The notes under the pieces are model-generated. The model saw nothing but the letters and a program-made list of their open reading frames with translations. It had not been told where the DNA came from and did not search any database. From an uncultured bacterium (GTDB lineage: Bacteria > Krumholzibacteriota > Krumholzibacteriia > LZORAL124-64-63), in NCBI GenBank assembly GCA_963727525.1, contig CAVSGO010000007.1, positions 1,440,001 through 1,504,000 of the forward strand: a stretch of DNA of 64,000 nucleotides, in the 5' to 3' direction. Position numbers and translations under genes: made by a program. Positions 20,487 to 29,187 of the stretch are shown piece after piece. The stretch's first letter is position 1, and each line of letters starts with the position of its first letter.

Positions 20487-20993
20487 ATGGATCGACGCGG
20501 CGAACGAGACACCTCGACCGGACACGCCGAGGCCGAGGATATGTCGCCCGAGCTGCTGGGCGAGCTGCTCCGGCAAGCACCCCGCACCCGCGACGCCGTC
20601 GGCGTCGTGGTCGGTCGACTCTGCAGCATCACCGACGAGGGCATCCCGATGGTCGAGGTTCCCGGTCGCTCCGGCGATGGGCCCGACCAGGCGCGCACCA
20701 CCGTCGCACTCGCCGCGCACCACGTGGGCGCCCAGGTCGTGCTGGTCTTCGAGGGCGACGATCTCGCGCGACCCATCGTGATCGGCGTTCTCCAGTCCCC
20801 CGCGCTCACGGCGTCCGTCACGGTGGACGACCGCGAGACCGTGATCGAGGGCCACGACCGCATCGAGCTCCGCTGCGGCAAGGCGAAGATCGTTCTGACC
20901 AGCGACGGCAAGGTTCTCGTCAAGGGCACCGACATCGTCAGCCGCTCCGAGGGCCCCAATCGCGTCAAGGGCGCCTCCGTGCAGATCAATTGA
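20487..20993 (+). CDS. DUF6484-type T6SS-associated protein (Gp5/VgrG-like fragment)
   Basis: G.QVVLVFEGDD..RPIVIG and IELRCGKAKIVLTSDGKVLVKG...SRSEGPNRVKGASVQIN. Confidence 0.85.
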   Translation: MDRRGERDTSTGHAEAEDMSPELLGELLRQAPRTRDAVGVVVGRLCSITDEGIPMVEVPGRSGDGPDQARTTVALAAHHVGAQVVLVFEGDDLARPIVIGVLQSPALTASVTVDDRETVIEGHDRIELRCGKAKIVLTSDGKVLVKGTDIVSRSEGPNRVKGASVQIN

Positions 20994-21019
20994 GCAGATC
21001 GACTGAGCAGATCAACTGA
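20981..21019 (+). repeat. 3 x 13-bp tandem repeat of the DUF6484 gene end plus TGA
   Basis: GCAGATCAATTGA GCAGATCGACTGA GCAGATCAACTGA. Confidence 0.95.
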
Positions 21020-21046
21020 TCCGTCCCCAGAGACCGGGAGCTCGTC

Positions 21047-22258
21047 GTGCCGCCTCTCCGCATCCTGACCAGCATCGTCGACGAGCACTTCCTCGAACTC
21101 GACATCCTGTGGGAGCGCCGCGAGGCGAGCCTACACGATCCCGAGCTGACCGCCGCCGATCTCGCCGCGCTCGAGCAGCGCGCCCAGCGCCACCTCGAAG
21201 GTCTGCTCCTGGCGCCGGAGTACGCGCTCGACCTCGCCCGCCGCGCCCTCGCCGCCAATGAACGCGGCGCCGCCACGGCCGCGGGTTTCGTGATGATGGA
21301 TCTGGGCGACCCGGCCCTTGCGGAGGAACTCGTCCGCACGCTGGCCACGGCAACGCCGGAGATCGCGCACGGCATCCGCATCGCCCTGCGACACCGTGAC
21401 ATCGGCAAGCAAGAGCCACTGCTGCGCGAACTCACCGCCTCGACCATCCCCCACGTGGTCGCCTGCTCGTGCGACATCCTCTCGTTCCACCACCGCGATC
21501 ACGTCCCAAGCGTACGTGAGTTGCTGACCGACGCCGATGAGGAAACCCGCACCCTCGCCATCACCGCCCTCGGCCGCTGGGCCGGCCCCTGGACCGTCGA
21601 CGATCTGCGGGCCCAGCTCTCGATCGCCGTCGCACCGGCGGCCCATCGCGCAGCCCTCGAGACCTCGGCCGTCGTCGCGTTGCCCGAGTTGCTCGACACT
21701 TGCCGCGAGGTCGGCACTCGCGACTCCGACCCGTCGCTCGAGGCCCTCGTCTTCCTTGGCGTGATCGGTGACGCCGCCGAGATCCCGATATTGCAGCGCG
21801 CGCTCGCCCGCCCCGACCTCGCCCCCGCCGCCGTCGCCGCGCTGGGCGCCCTCGGCGCACCGGAAGGCGTCCCGATCATCCTCGAGGCGCTCGCGAATCC
21901 CCTGCTGGCCCACCCCGCCGCCGTGGCATTCCTGCGCATCACCGGCGCCGAGAATGTGCAGGGCGAGCCAGTCCCACCGCCCGCCGAACTGGACGAGGAC
22001 GCCGCGGCATTCTGGGATGAGTACGTGCCGGCAGATCCGGTGCTGGCACGCCGGTGGTGGGAGGCGAACGGTTCACGGTTCGCGGCAGACACCCGGTGGA
22101 ACGCAGGCCTCGCGGCCGATGCGGCGACGACAGACGCGTTGCCTCTCGCCCTCGCCGGCGACCTCACGTTACGGACATGTTACCGTGCGTCGCCATCCGC
22201 GGCGGAGGCCCCGACGTCCTCGAACGTCAGCATCGAGAAGCCCCGATCCAGCAGGTAA
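21047..22258 (+). CDS. TIGR02270-like HEAT-repeat T6SS-associated protein
   Basis: IVDEHF.E...LW.RR....L..LEQR...HLEGL; HEAT repeats; A..AF.RITG; WW...RF. Confidence 0.8.
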   Translation: MPPLRILTSIVDEHFLELDILWERREASLHDPELTAADLAALEQRAQRHLEGLLLAPEYALDLARRALAANERGAATAAGFVMMDLGDPALAEELVRTLATATPEIAHGIRIALRHRDIGKQEPLLRELTASTIPHVVACSCDILSFHHRDHVPSVRELLTDADEETRTLAITALGRWAGPWTVDDLRAQLSIAVAPAAHRAALETSAVVALPELLDTCREVGTRDSDPSLEALVFLGVIGDAAEIPILQRALARPDLAPAAVAALGALGAPEGVPIILEALANPLLAHPAAVAFLRITGAENVQGEPVPPPAELDEDAAAFWDEYVPADPVLARRWWEANGSRFAADTRWNAGLAADAATTDALPLALAGDLTLRTCYRASPSAAEAPTSSNVSIEKPRSSR

Positions 22259-22758
22259 CGCTTCACGTCCTCGTGCACCACGATCGTCCCGAGGCTCTCG
22301 CCGAGCCGGAACATCAACGCGCCACGCGCGCGGATCGGATCGATGACCAGTTCGTCGAAGGCCACGTTGATCGTCGGGCTGGTCGATGTCGTCGTGTACA
22401 CCGATTGTTCGAGATCGGCACAGCATACCGCGCCCACCACGTTGACCAGACAGTAGTGCGGAAATTCCCGGCCCGATTCCGGCCCCTGCAACACGGCGGA
22501 GTAGATCTGGAGATTGTCGACCCCGGCCTCCACCAGCGCGTCGACGAGCCGCCGCGAGAGCACAAGTGCTTCGAGCTCGTACATCTCTCGCGGTTCTCCG
22601 GCTTCGTCCGGATCGATCTCGAGCACCAGCGGTTCCGCGACCGGGACCGTGATCGGCTGTCCGCTCATCCAGGACTCGATGCCCTCGACCTCCGGAATCG
22701 CGCCGAGCATGAGCGTGGGCTTGAAGAGCGGCCCGAAACTGTGCAACACGTGATACAT
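22180..22758 (-). CDS. Putative immunity protein (Imm11/DUF1629-like)
   Basis: LSRRLVDAL..AGVDNLQ.Y, Y.LVNVVG...C.D...S, MFRLGES...IVVHE; directly after the AHH gene. Confidence 0.75.
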   Translation of the reverse strand: MYHVLHSFGPLFKPTLMLGAIPEVEGIESWMSGQPITVPVAEPLVLEIDPDEAGEPREMYELEALVLSRRLVDALVEAGVDNLQIYSAVLQGPESGREFPHYCLVNVVGAVCCADLEQSVYTTTSTSPTINVAFDELVIDPIRARGALMFRLGESLGTIVVHEDVKRYLLDRGFSMLTFEDVGASAADGDAR

Positions 22759-22765
22759 GGACGAC

Positions 22766-23503
22766 CTACAGCCCTTCCATCGTGTCAGGTGTGTAGCCCG
22801 CGCCGACGAGCACGGCGAAGTCGGAGGTGCAATACGGAGGTTTCCATTTCGAGGTCGGGCCAGTCACGTGCTCCCGCATGCGCCCCGCCACGGCGTTGAC
22901 CATGCCGAGCAACGGGAACGGCGTATCCCAGGGTTTCTTCTCGCTGTTGTCGCATTTCTCGCATACCGAGCGCACACTGAGCATCTTGAGACGGATCTCC
23001 TCCAGCGTACGGCGCACGAACGCATTGTAATCCGCGTGCGAGGAATCCCACATGTGGAACTGTCCCCCCGTCGCCTTCATCGCTGCGTAGGCGTAGGCGA
23101 ACTGGATCTCGTAGCCACCGGTCTTGCTGAGCTGGCCCCAGCCCTTGTACTTGTGCAGGGCGGGCAACCAGGCCCCGTTCCAGACCTCATTCTGCAGGTA
23201 GCCGATATCCTCCTTCACGGTCTGGCCTGCGGTCATGTACTTGCGCAGTGCGGACGCCCCCTTGATGGCCGCGCCAGGGATGAGATGATGGGCTTGAAGC
23301 CCCAGATCCATGGACTTCTTCTCCCCACGCACCTCCATCGTGATCGTCCGGTCATCGCCACCGGTGAGATTGGTCCCGAGCGTCCCGGCGTTGTTACTGA
23401 AATCGTTAGCGAGATTACGCTTGTCTTCCTTGTGCGGAAACGGGCACTCGACGGCGACTTCGGCCGCGAGTGCCACGGCTGCGGTTTCACCGAGTTGCGG
23501 CAT
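22766..23503 (-). CDS. AHH-type HNH/EndoVII nuclease effector
   Basis: LQAHHLIPG, IGY..N...NGAWLP, QFH...H..Y, CEKC. Confidence 0.8.
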   Translation of the reverse strand: MPQLGETAAVALAAEVAVECPFPHKEDKRNLANDFSNNAGTLGTNLTGGDDRTITMEVRGEKKSMDLGLQAHHLIPGAAIKGASALRKYMTAGQTVKEDIGYLQNEVWNGAWLPALHKYKGWGQLSKTGGYEIQFAYAYAAMKATGGQFHMWDSSHADYNAFVRRTLEEIRLKMLSVRSVCEKCDNSEKKPWDTPFPLLGMVNAVAGRMREHVTGPTSKWKPPYCTSDFAVLVGAGYTPDTMEGL

Positions 23504-23536
23504 GGCTGCCTTCCTTCGGCCGGATATCCATCACCG

Positions 23537-23920
23537 TCACCCCATGATGTTCTTCTCATTATGAAATAGCGAGTCCCCCAGCCGGCACACGTTCTTGCCC
23601 TCGAACTTCACGTCGAACGAGTAGAGCATGAATTCGCAGGCGCCCTTGAACTTGCTGCTCATGACGCCGCCGCCGGCGGTGCCGGCTTCGTCGCCGGCCG
23701 ACATCTGGTACTTGGCGCCCTTGACCATGGGCATCTGGCCATCGGTCTTCACCTTCGTCGGGCCGCCGCTGGTGTCGGAAGCCTTGCCGGTGTTCGGGTA
23801 GGGGATCGGGACAGGGCCGCCCGGGCTCGGGGTCTTGCACACGTCGGGAAAGACGATGCTCATGCCACCGCTGCCCTTGTGGGCGACGCCGCGTCCGTTG
23901 GCGAAAGTCTTCTGGGACAT
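23537..23920 (-). CDS. DUF4150 PAAR-like spike tip protein
   Basis: FPDVCKTP..PVPIPYPN, S.GDEAGT.GG..S, YSFDVKFEGKNVCRLGD...HN. Confidence 0.95.
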   Translation of the reverse strand: MSQKTFANGRGVAHKGSGGMSIVFPDVCKTPSPGGPVPIPYPNTGKASDTSGGPTKVKTDGQMPMVKGAKYQMSAGDEAGTAGGGVMSSKFKGACEFMLYSFDVKFEGKNVCRLGDSLFHNEKNIMG

Positions 23921-23979
23921 GGCCTACCTCTGCTGCGAGATTCTAAATGCATTCCGCTCGGTCTGCCAACGTCGAGACG

Positions 23980-25068
23980 TCAGCGTCCTGGTTCCACGAT
24001 ATCAACGACCGCCGCACAGCGTTCGGCACCGTCGTTCGCGCACCACACGAGGGCTGGTCCGGCATACCGCCCCCGCGCGAGGCCCTCGGCAGCCAGCCCC
24101 AGCATGACCGGTCCCAGCGCCGCGCCGATGTCACCGAAGCAGTCGGCGGGATGCTCCACCATCATCTGCGGCGCCAGCGCGGCGCTCGACCTCAGGCTGG
24201 CCACGCCGTACTCCTTGGCCCCGAAGCTCTCGCCGTTGAGGCCCGCGAACATCGTGGCCATGGGGGCACGTAGTTGCGGTCCCTGCGTCAGTACGCCCAC
24301 AAAGGCGGCAGCCAGCCCTTCACCCTTGTAAGGTTCCTCGCTGTAACGATGGCCCGGCTCCGTGCCGGGTGCCACGGCGACGAGTTGAGCCAGAGGCGCG
24401 AAACCGTCCGGTGCGGGCGCGCCCGGCCGACCGAGCAGCACCACCCCCGCGCCCTCGCCCGGGATGAATCCGTCCATGACGCGAGGCCCCAGGAGGCGCC
24501 GGTCGCGATCGAGCGTGCCCAGGAGCATGAGATCGAGGAAGCTGTCCACGCCGCAGACGAGCGCGTGGTTGCCCGAATTCGTGGCCAGGAACGCCAGCGC
24601 CTCGGCGCACGCCTGCAGTCCCCCGGCCCGGCCTGCGGCCACGCGGTGGCTGCGGCGCCGGTCGAAGCGTAGGCCGAGCGGCTCGAGCTGGGCGGCGAGC
24701 CGGTCGAGAAACCCGTCGCGGACCGGCGCGGCCAGATCGGGGTGCTGCTCCGGCGTGGCGAGGAAGAGCGGGGTGCGCTCGGCCAGCCCCGCGGCCTCGA
24801 GGTCCGCGAGTACCTCCTGGAGCGCGGGCGTCGCCAGCCGCAGCAGGCGCCGTTCGCGGCTGGTGAGTCCTGTCGTGTCGCCGACCGGTTCCGGCAGCGC
24901 GTCTTCCGGCAACAACGCCATCACGATGGGCTGGAAACTCGCGTCGCAGACGGATGAGTTGGCAAACGCCGCCACGCCCGCCTGGATCGAGGTGAAGGTC
25001 TGCGCCGCGCCCATGCCGACGGCGGTGACCATGCCGGTCCGCAGCACCTGGGCGCCAGGGGCGGGCAT
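23980..25068 (-). CDS. PRK06147-like ketoacyl-synthase-fold T6SS accessory protein
   Basis: GMVTAVG, CGVDS, GFIPGEGAG, LNGE.F..KE, HPADCFGDIGAA.G; between DUF2169 and DUF4150. Confidence 0.85.
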   Translation of the reverse strand: MPAPGAQVLRTGMVTAVGMGAAQTFTSIQAGVAAFANSSVCDASFQPIVMALLPEDALPEPVGDTTGLTSRERRLLRLATPALQEVLADLEAAGLAERTPLFLATPEQHPDLAAPVRDGFLDRLAAQLEPLGLRFDRRRSHRVAAGRAGGLQACAEALAFLATNSGNHALVCGVDSFLDLMLLGTLDRDRRLLGPRVMDGFIPGEGAGVVLLGRPGAPAPDGFAPLAQLVAVAPGTEPGHRYSEEPYKGEGLAAAFVGVLTQGPQLRAPMATMFAGLNGESFGAKEYGVASLRSSAALAPQMMVEHPADCFGDIGAALGPVMLGLAAEGLARGRYAGPALVWCANDGAERCAAVVDIVEPGR

Positions 25069-26081
25069 CAGACCGACCTCCCGTCGAGCTGCATATCGGC
25101 GAGCGCAACGTGCAGCGTCTCCACCTTCAGCGCCTTCTTGTCGCAGGGGACGCCGGCGCGCCAGAGCATGGTCAGCCGTTCATCGTCCGGCTCGAGGAGC
25201 ACGGTCTCGAGGTTGGGCGTGGGTGTCTCGTCGCTCCCATCGACGCGGATCGTGACGTCGAAGGTGCACCGCGGCAACGTGCACTGCAGGCGCCCGTGCG
25301 GCGAGAGGTTCAGCAGTACCACTTGCTCGCCACCCGTCAGGTAGCCGCTGGCGATCAGGTCGGGATGCGCGGCGTTGAAGAACCGAGGATCGAAATCCTG
25401 CGGCAGGAAAGGCGCCCGCGACTTCTGCCACGCATCGTCGTAAGTGCCCGCGAAGGCGACGCGCGGCTGCCAGCTCGGCGCGACGAAGCCGTAGCAGGCC
25501 GGCGTCTCCTCGTCCTTGGAATCCGCGAGATTCGGCGCGAGCTGCCCGCTGATCTCCTGACGACGCTGGCGCGCGCGAAAACCCTGCCCCACCGGATTCT
25601 CCTCGACGGCCTTGATCTTACCCTTCTCGGCGTCGATCACATGGGTGCCGCCATACGCTCGTTCCCAGACGAGCGGCATCCGGGTGAACGGTTGCTTCGC
25701 GGTGGTCGCCGAGCCCACGGCCCGGCCCGTGTACTGCCGGTCGCCCACGACCCGTACCACCTTGCGCATCTCGCCCACGACCAGGGCCGTGTCCACCTCG
25801 TCCGCAGGTCGGCCGCCCGGCGCGTGGGCGCTGCCGACCAGGGCCACGTCGGTGGCGGGTTTCGCGAGATGGAAGTCCGCGCTGTACCGGAGGCTCGAGG
25901 CGCCCGGCTCCCCCCAGAACACGTCGGCCGCGTGGAATGGCTGCTGCTCGGGCGCCACGACGAGCGACGGGCCGAGCGTGAACGTCGCCTTGATGACGAC
26001 GAACACGGTGTCGACGCCGTCGGTGTCGGGAAAGAGGTTCATCGTGACCTGGAACGGGGTCTTGTTCGCGAGCTGGAGCAT
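25068..26081 (-). CDS. DUF2169 T6SS PAAR/effector chaperone
   Basis: NKTPF, VVIKATF, KPATDV, PLVWERAYGG, ENPVG.G, W.PR..FAGTYD..W...R.P.LP.DFD..FFNAA. Confidence 0.95.
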   Translation of the reverse strand: MLQLANKTPFQVTMNLFPDTDGVDTVFVVIKATFTLGPSLVVAPEQQPFHAADVFWGEPGASSLRYSADFHLAKPATDVALVGSAHAPGGRPADEVDTALVVGEMRKVVRVVGDRQYTGRAVGSATTAKQPFTRMPLVWERAYGGTHVIDAEKGKIKAVEENPVGQGFRARQRRQEISGQLAPNLADSKDEETPACYGFVAPSWQPRVAFAGTYDDAWQKSRAPFLPQDFDPRFFNAAHPDLIASGYLTGGEQVVLLNLSPHGRLQCTLPRCTFDVTIRVDGSDETPTPNLETVLLEPDDERLTMLWRAGVPCDKKALKVETLHVALADMQLDGRSV

Positions 26082-26123
26082 GCAGCAAGCCCTTCGTCCT
26101 ACGGTGACGACCTCATATCCGCG

Positions 26124-28049
26124 TCACGGCGTGGACTTCTGCCCATCGGGTCCGATCGGCAGGATGAGGATATCCGAGCCGCCGCGCGGCCCCGGAGCGG
26201 AGGATCCCGTCACGAGGTAACCGTTCGCCGTGGGCACGATGTCGTGCGGCACGTCGTCGTCCGCCCCGCCGACGGTGTTCTGCCAGATCAGATTGCCATC
26301 CACGTCGATCTTCAGCAGCAGCACGTCGCGATCCTGACCGAATCGCCGTGACAATGTGGAGCCGGCGATCACGAAACCGCCGTCCGGCGCGGCGGTCACG
26401 CACAGCCCCTCATCGACGTCCGCGGCCCCACCGAAGGTGCGCGTCCAGAGAGGCACGCCGGCCACATCCGTCCGCACCACGTAAACATCGCCCAGCCCGC
26501 TTCCCGCAGGGTCGGCCGACCCGACGACGAGGAATCCGTTGCCGGCTCTCACGACGGCGTGGGCCATGGCGTTGGCGTCGCCACCGTACTGGTGCACCCA
26601 GTCCTGCTGGTACTCGCCACTGAGGGAGTATTGCCGCAATGTGGCGGCCGCAAGCGACTCGAAACCCTGCTCGTAGCCGGCCAGCACAAAGGTCGTGTCG
26701 TTCAATGCCACCACGGCCAGTGCCTCCGAGTCGACGCCGAACGTGCTCGCATTGTCGTCCGCAACGTAGCCGTTCTCGTCGTAGACGACGAACGCATACC
26801 CCAGCCCGCCACTGTCGCCGCTATCGTAGCTGCCCACCACGACGCAGCCACCGCCCGGCAGGGCCACCAGGTCCCAGGCCGAATCGAGGCCCCGCTGCGC
26901 GAGGTTCTCCCGCCACTTCTCTTCGCCCGCGGCGTCGAGGCGCAGGAGAGTGCTCGTCCCGAAGTCCGCCCGTCCGCAGGCGTAGGATCCGCCGGTGGTC
27001 CCACTGGCGAATCCGGTCGTGATCTCGCCGTCGAACCAGGGCACCACCTGGGTGCTCACGACGCCGCTGTCATCGCCCAGACGCGCGAGGAAGAGCTGCG
27101 GGATGGCGTCATTGACCGTGTCGGCCAGCGTTCCCGCCAGGATCGTCTCGCCGGCGCCCACAGGAACGAGCGCCGCGCCCTCGTCGAAAAAGCTGGTGCC
27201 GATGAAGCGCGGCAACGCGCCCTGGCGGGTGATCCGTACCTGCGCCGTGTCGAGGTACAGGGAATCGAGAGGCACAGCCGTGCCGCGGAGCGCCTCCAGG
27301 CTCATCTCCGGTTCGAGCGTGGTGTCCGCGTCGGCGGCCCAGGTATCCTGCGTGCGGCAGCGCACGACGACGAGCGCCGCATCGCCGCCGGCGTCCACGA
27401 CCGGATTCGAGTTGCTCAGCGTGATGAAGACGTTGGCATCACCGCCCGGATCGTACGCGAGCGTCGTACCGCGTTCCACCTGTTCGGCCGGCAATTCCAC
27501 CGTGTCGATGATCGCACTCGTCACGCGCTTCTGGAACCCGGCGAGTGCAAGTGCGACGTCGACCCCCGTGAGCTCCGTCAGCCCGTGCGCCCGGATCGTG
27601 AACGAGAAGCCGTCACCGAGCGCCACCTGGTCGAAATGGGGAGTCAGGTACAGCATGGGCACGACGGGAGCCATGGCGATGGTCAGGTCCAGGGGCTGGA
27701 ACGCCGAGACATTCCGCACCGCGTCGCCGCGGTAGAGGACCGTGCCGAGGACATCGCGGGCCTCCACGCGGAAGTGTCGGTCCGCGCCGCTGGGGATCGT
27801 CAGCGAGGCGACCACCTGACCAGCGGCCGGCGTCATCGGCACCATCAGCGTATCGAAGTCGTCGGCGAAGACCGTCAGGAGATAGCTCGTGCGGGGCCCG
27901 GCCTTGGCTCCGAGCTGCACGGTAATGTTCGCCGTCGCGCCGGGACCCTCGATCTTCTCAGCGCACCCGCCGACGGTGACGATCAGCGCACCGAGCGCCA
28001 GAACGGCCACCCAGGCGATCACGAGGTGCCTCTTTGCCAAGCTCACCAA
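26124..28049 (-). CDS. Lipoprotein with Ig/cohesin-like region and C-terminal beta-propeller repeats
   Basis: Lipobox VGGC after a hydrophobic stretch; repeats such as DVYVVRTD..G..LW.RTFGG; TTG/GTG start after GAGGAGG. Confidence 0.7.
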   Translation of the reverse strand: MVSLAKRHLVIAWVAVLALGALIVTVGGCAEKIEGPGATANITVQLGAKAGPRTSYLLTVFADDFDTLMVPMTPAAGQVVASLTIPSGADRHFRVEARDVLGTVLYRGDAVRNVSAFQPLDLTIAMAPVVPMLYLTPHFDQVALGDGFSFTIRAHGLTELTGVDVALALAGFQKRVTSAIIDTVELPAEQVERGTTLAYDPGGDANVFITLSNSNPVVDAGGDAALVVVRCRTQDTWAADADTTLEPEMSLEALRGTAVPLDSLYLDTAQVRITRQGALPRFIGTSFFDEGAALVPVGAGETILAGTLADTVNDAIPQLFLARLGDDSGVVSTQVVPWFDGEITTGFASGTTGGSYACGRADFGTSTLLRLDAAGEEKWRENLAQRGLDSAWDLVALPGGGCVVVGSYDSGDSGGLGYAFVVYDENGYVADDNASTFGVDSEALAVVALNDTTFVLAGYEQGFESLAAATLRQYSLSGEYQQDWVHQYGGDANAMAHAVVRAGNGFLVVGSADPAGSGLGDVYVVRTDVAGVPLWTRTFGGAADVDEGLCVTAAPDGGFVIAGSTLSRRFGQDRDVLLLKIDVDGNLIWQNTVGGADDDVPHDIVPTANGYLVTGSSAPGPRGGSDILILPIGPDGQKSTP

Positions 28050-28060
28050 GACGGGCCTCC

Positions 28061-29187
28061 TCAGAACGTGCCGCTGCCCACCAGCGTGAGCTGGGTGCCG
28101 GCGAGGTCGATCGCCCCGCCATCCGTGGAACCCGTGAAGTACTCGGCGGCGCCGCGCAGGCCGATGCGCGCGGTGAGCTGGTGGCCAACCTGGCCGCCCA
28201 CGCCCACCACGCTCGACGTGCCGAAGCCGTACTCGTTTCCGGCCACGTGGTGCCAGTCGGCACGCGGGCCGAGTCGCCAGCCGGAAACGAGCTGCCACTG
28301 GGCCCCAGCACCGACCACGAGCTCGTTGCCGTAGATCTTGAGCTGCTCGAGCAGGATGCCTTGCGGATCGTAGACCTTGTTGCGCCCGCGGACGTTGTAG
28401 TACGCGTCGCCGAAGACACGCGTGGTCGCGAGCTTGCCCCGACCGCCGAGGTGAAAAGCCACCTGCTCGCCGCGGCTGAAGACGGGCTCGCTCTCCAGCT
28501 CGTCGTTGCTGTTGGCCATGAACGTCACGTCACCGTTCAATATCCAGGCGGGCCACTCGTGCTGTCCCCCAGGGTGAGGTTGAACGTGTTGCCCGGCTTG
28601 TAGCTCCCCTGGTCCCGATAGGCATCGTAGGCGCCGGCCAGGTCGAACGAGGCCGACACGCCCACACGGGTGTCGCCAAACGCCTGCGCGCCGCCCACCG
28701 TGGCGTTGAGCCCGAATCCCGCCCCGAGACGCCGCACCGGGAAGCTCAGGAAACTCTGCGCGAGGTAGTTCATGACCACCCACTCGCGGTCGAGCGAGAG
28801 GTTGCGCTGGCCGATCGGCAGGTTCACCCCCAGCCCCACGAACAGGCGGTCGGCGGCAAAGCTATGGGTGACCTGCACGCGCATGTCGGTCACACCGTTC
28901 AGATCGTAGTCCTCTCCGAGCTGCGACACCCGCGTCTTCGCGGCCGCCACGTAGACGCGCGCTTCCAGGTTGTCTCGCAACGGAACGAGCGCCGTGGCCG
29001 CGGCGGCGAACTGGTCGACCGTGACATCGTCGCTGCTGCCGGAGAGCTTCCAGTGCGTGCCGACCAGGTTCAGGTCGCCGCGCAGCGGCTGCCCGTACAC
29101 GATCTGCGCCGACGCCGGCGCCGCCAGCGCGCACACGAGCGCGAGGCCGCACACGAATCGCGCCAGCCACAGCCTAGGGTTGCCCAT
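28061..29187 (-). pseudogene. Outer-membrane beta-barrel protein split by a frameshift at a G5 run (about 28566-28570)
   Basis: ORF 28537..29187 (signal peptide, beta strands) continues in ORF 28061..28783 (ends ...LTLVGSGTF) if one G is added: LTLG-GQHEWPAW. Confidence 0.75.

Noticed and set aside
20223-20855. 5' extension of ORF 17769..20855
   Set aside because: Overlaps the DUF6484 gene on the other strand; RBS and signal peptide support ATG 20222
23980-25068. Fatty-acid or polyketide biosynthesis gene
   Set aside because: Context between DUF2169 and DUF4150 identifies it as the T6SS-associated PRK06147-like protein; no ACP or PKS genes nearby
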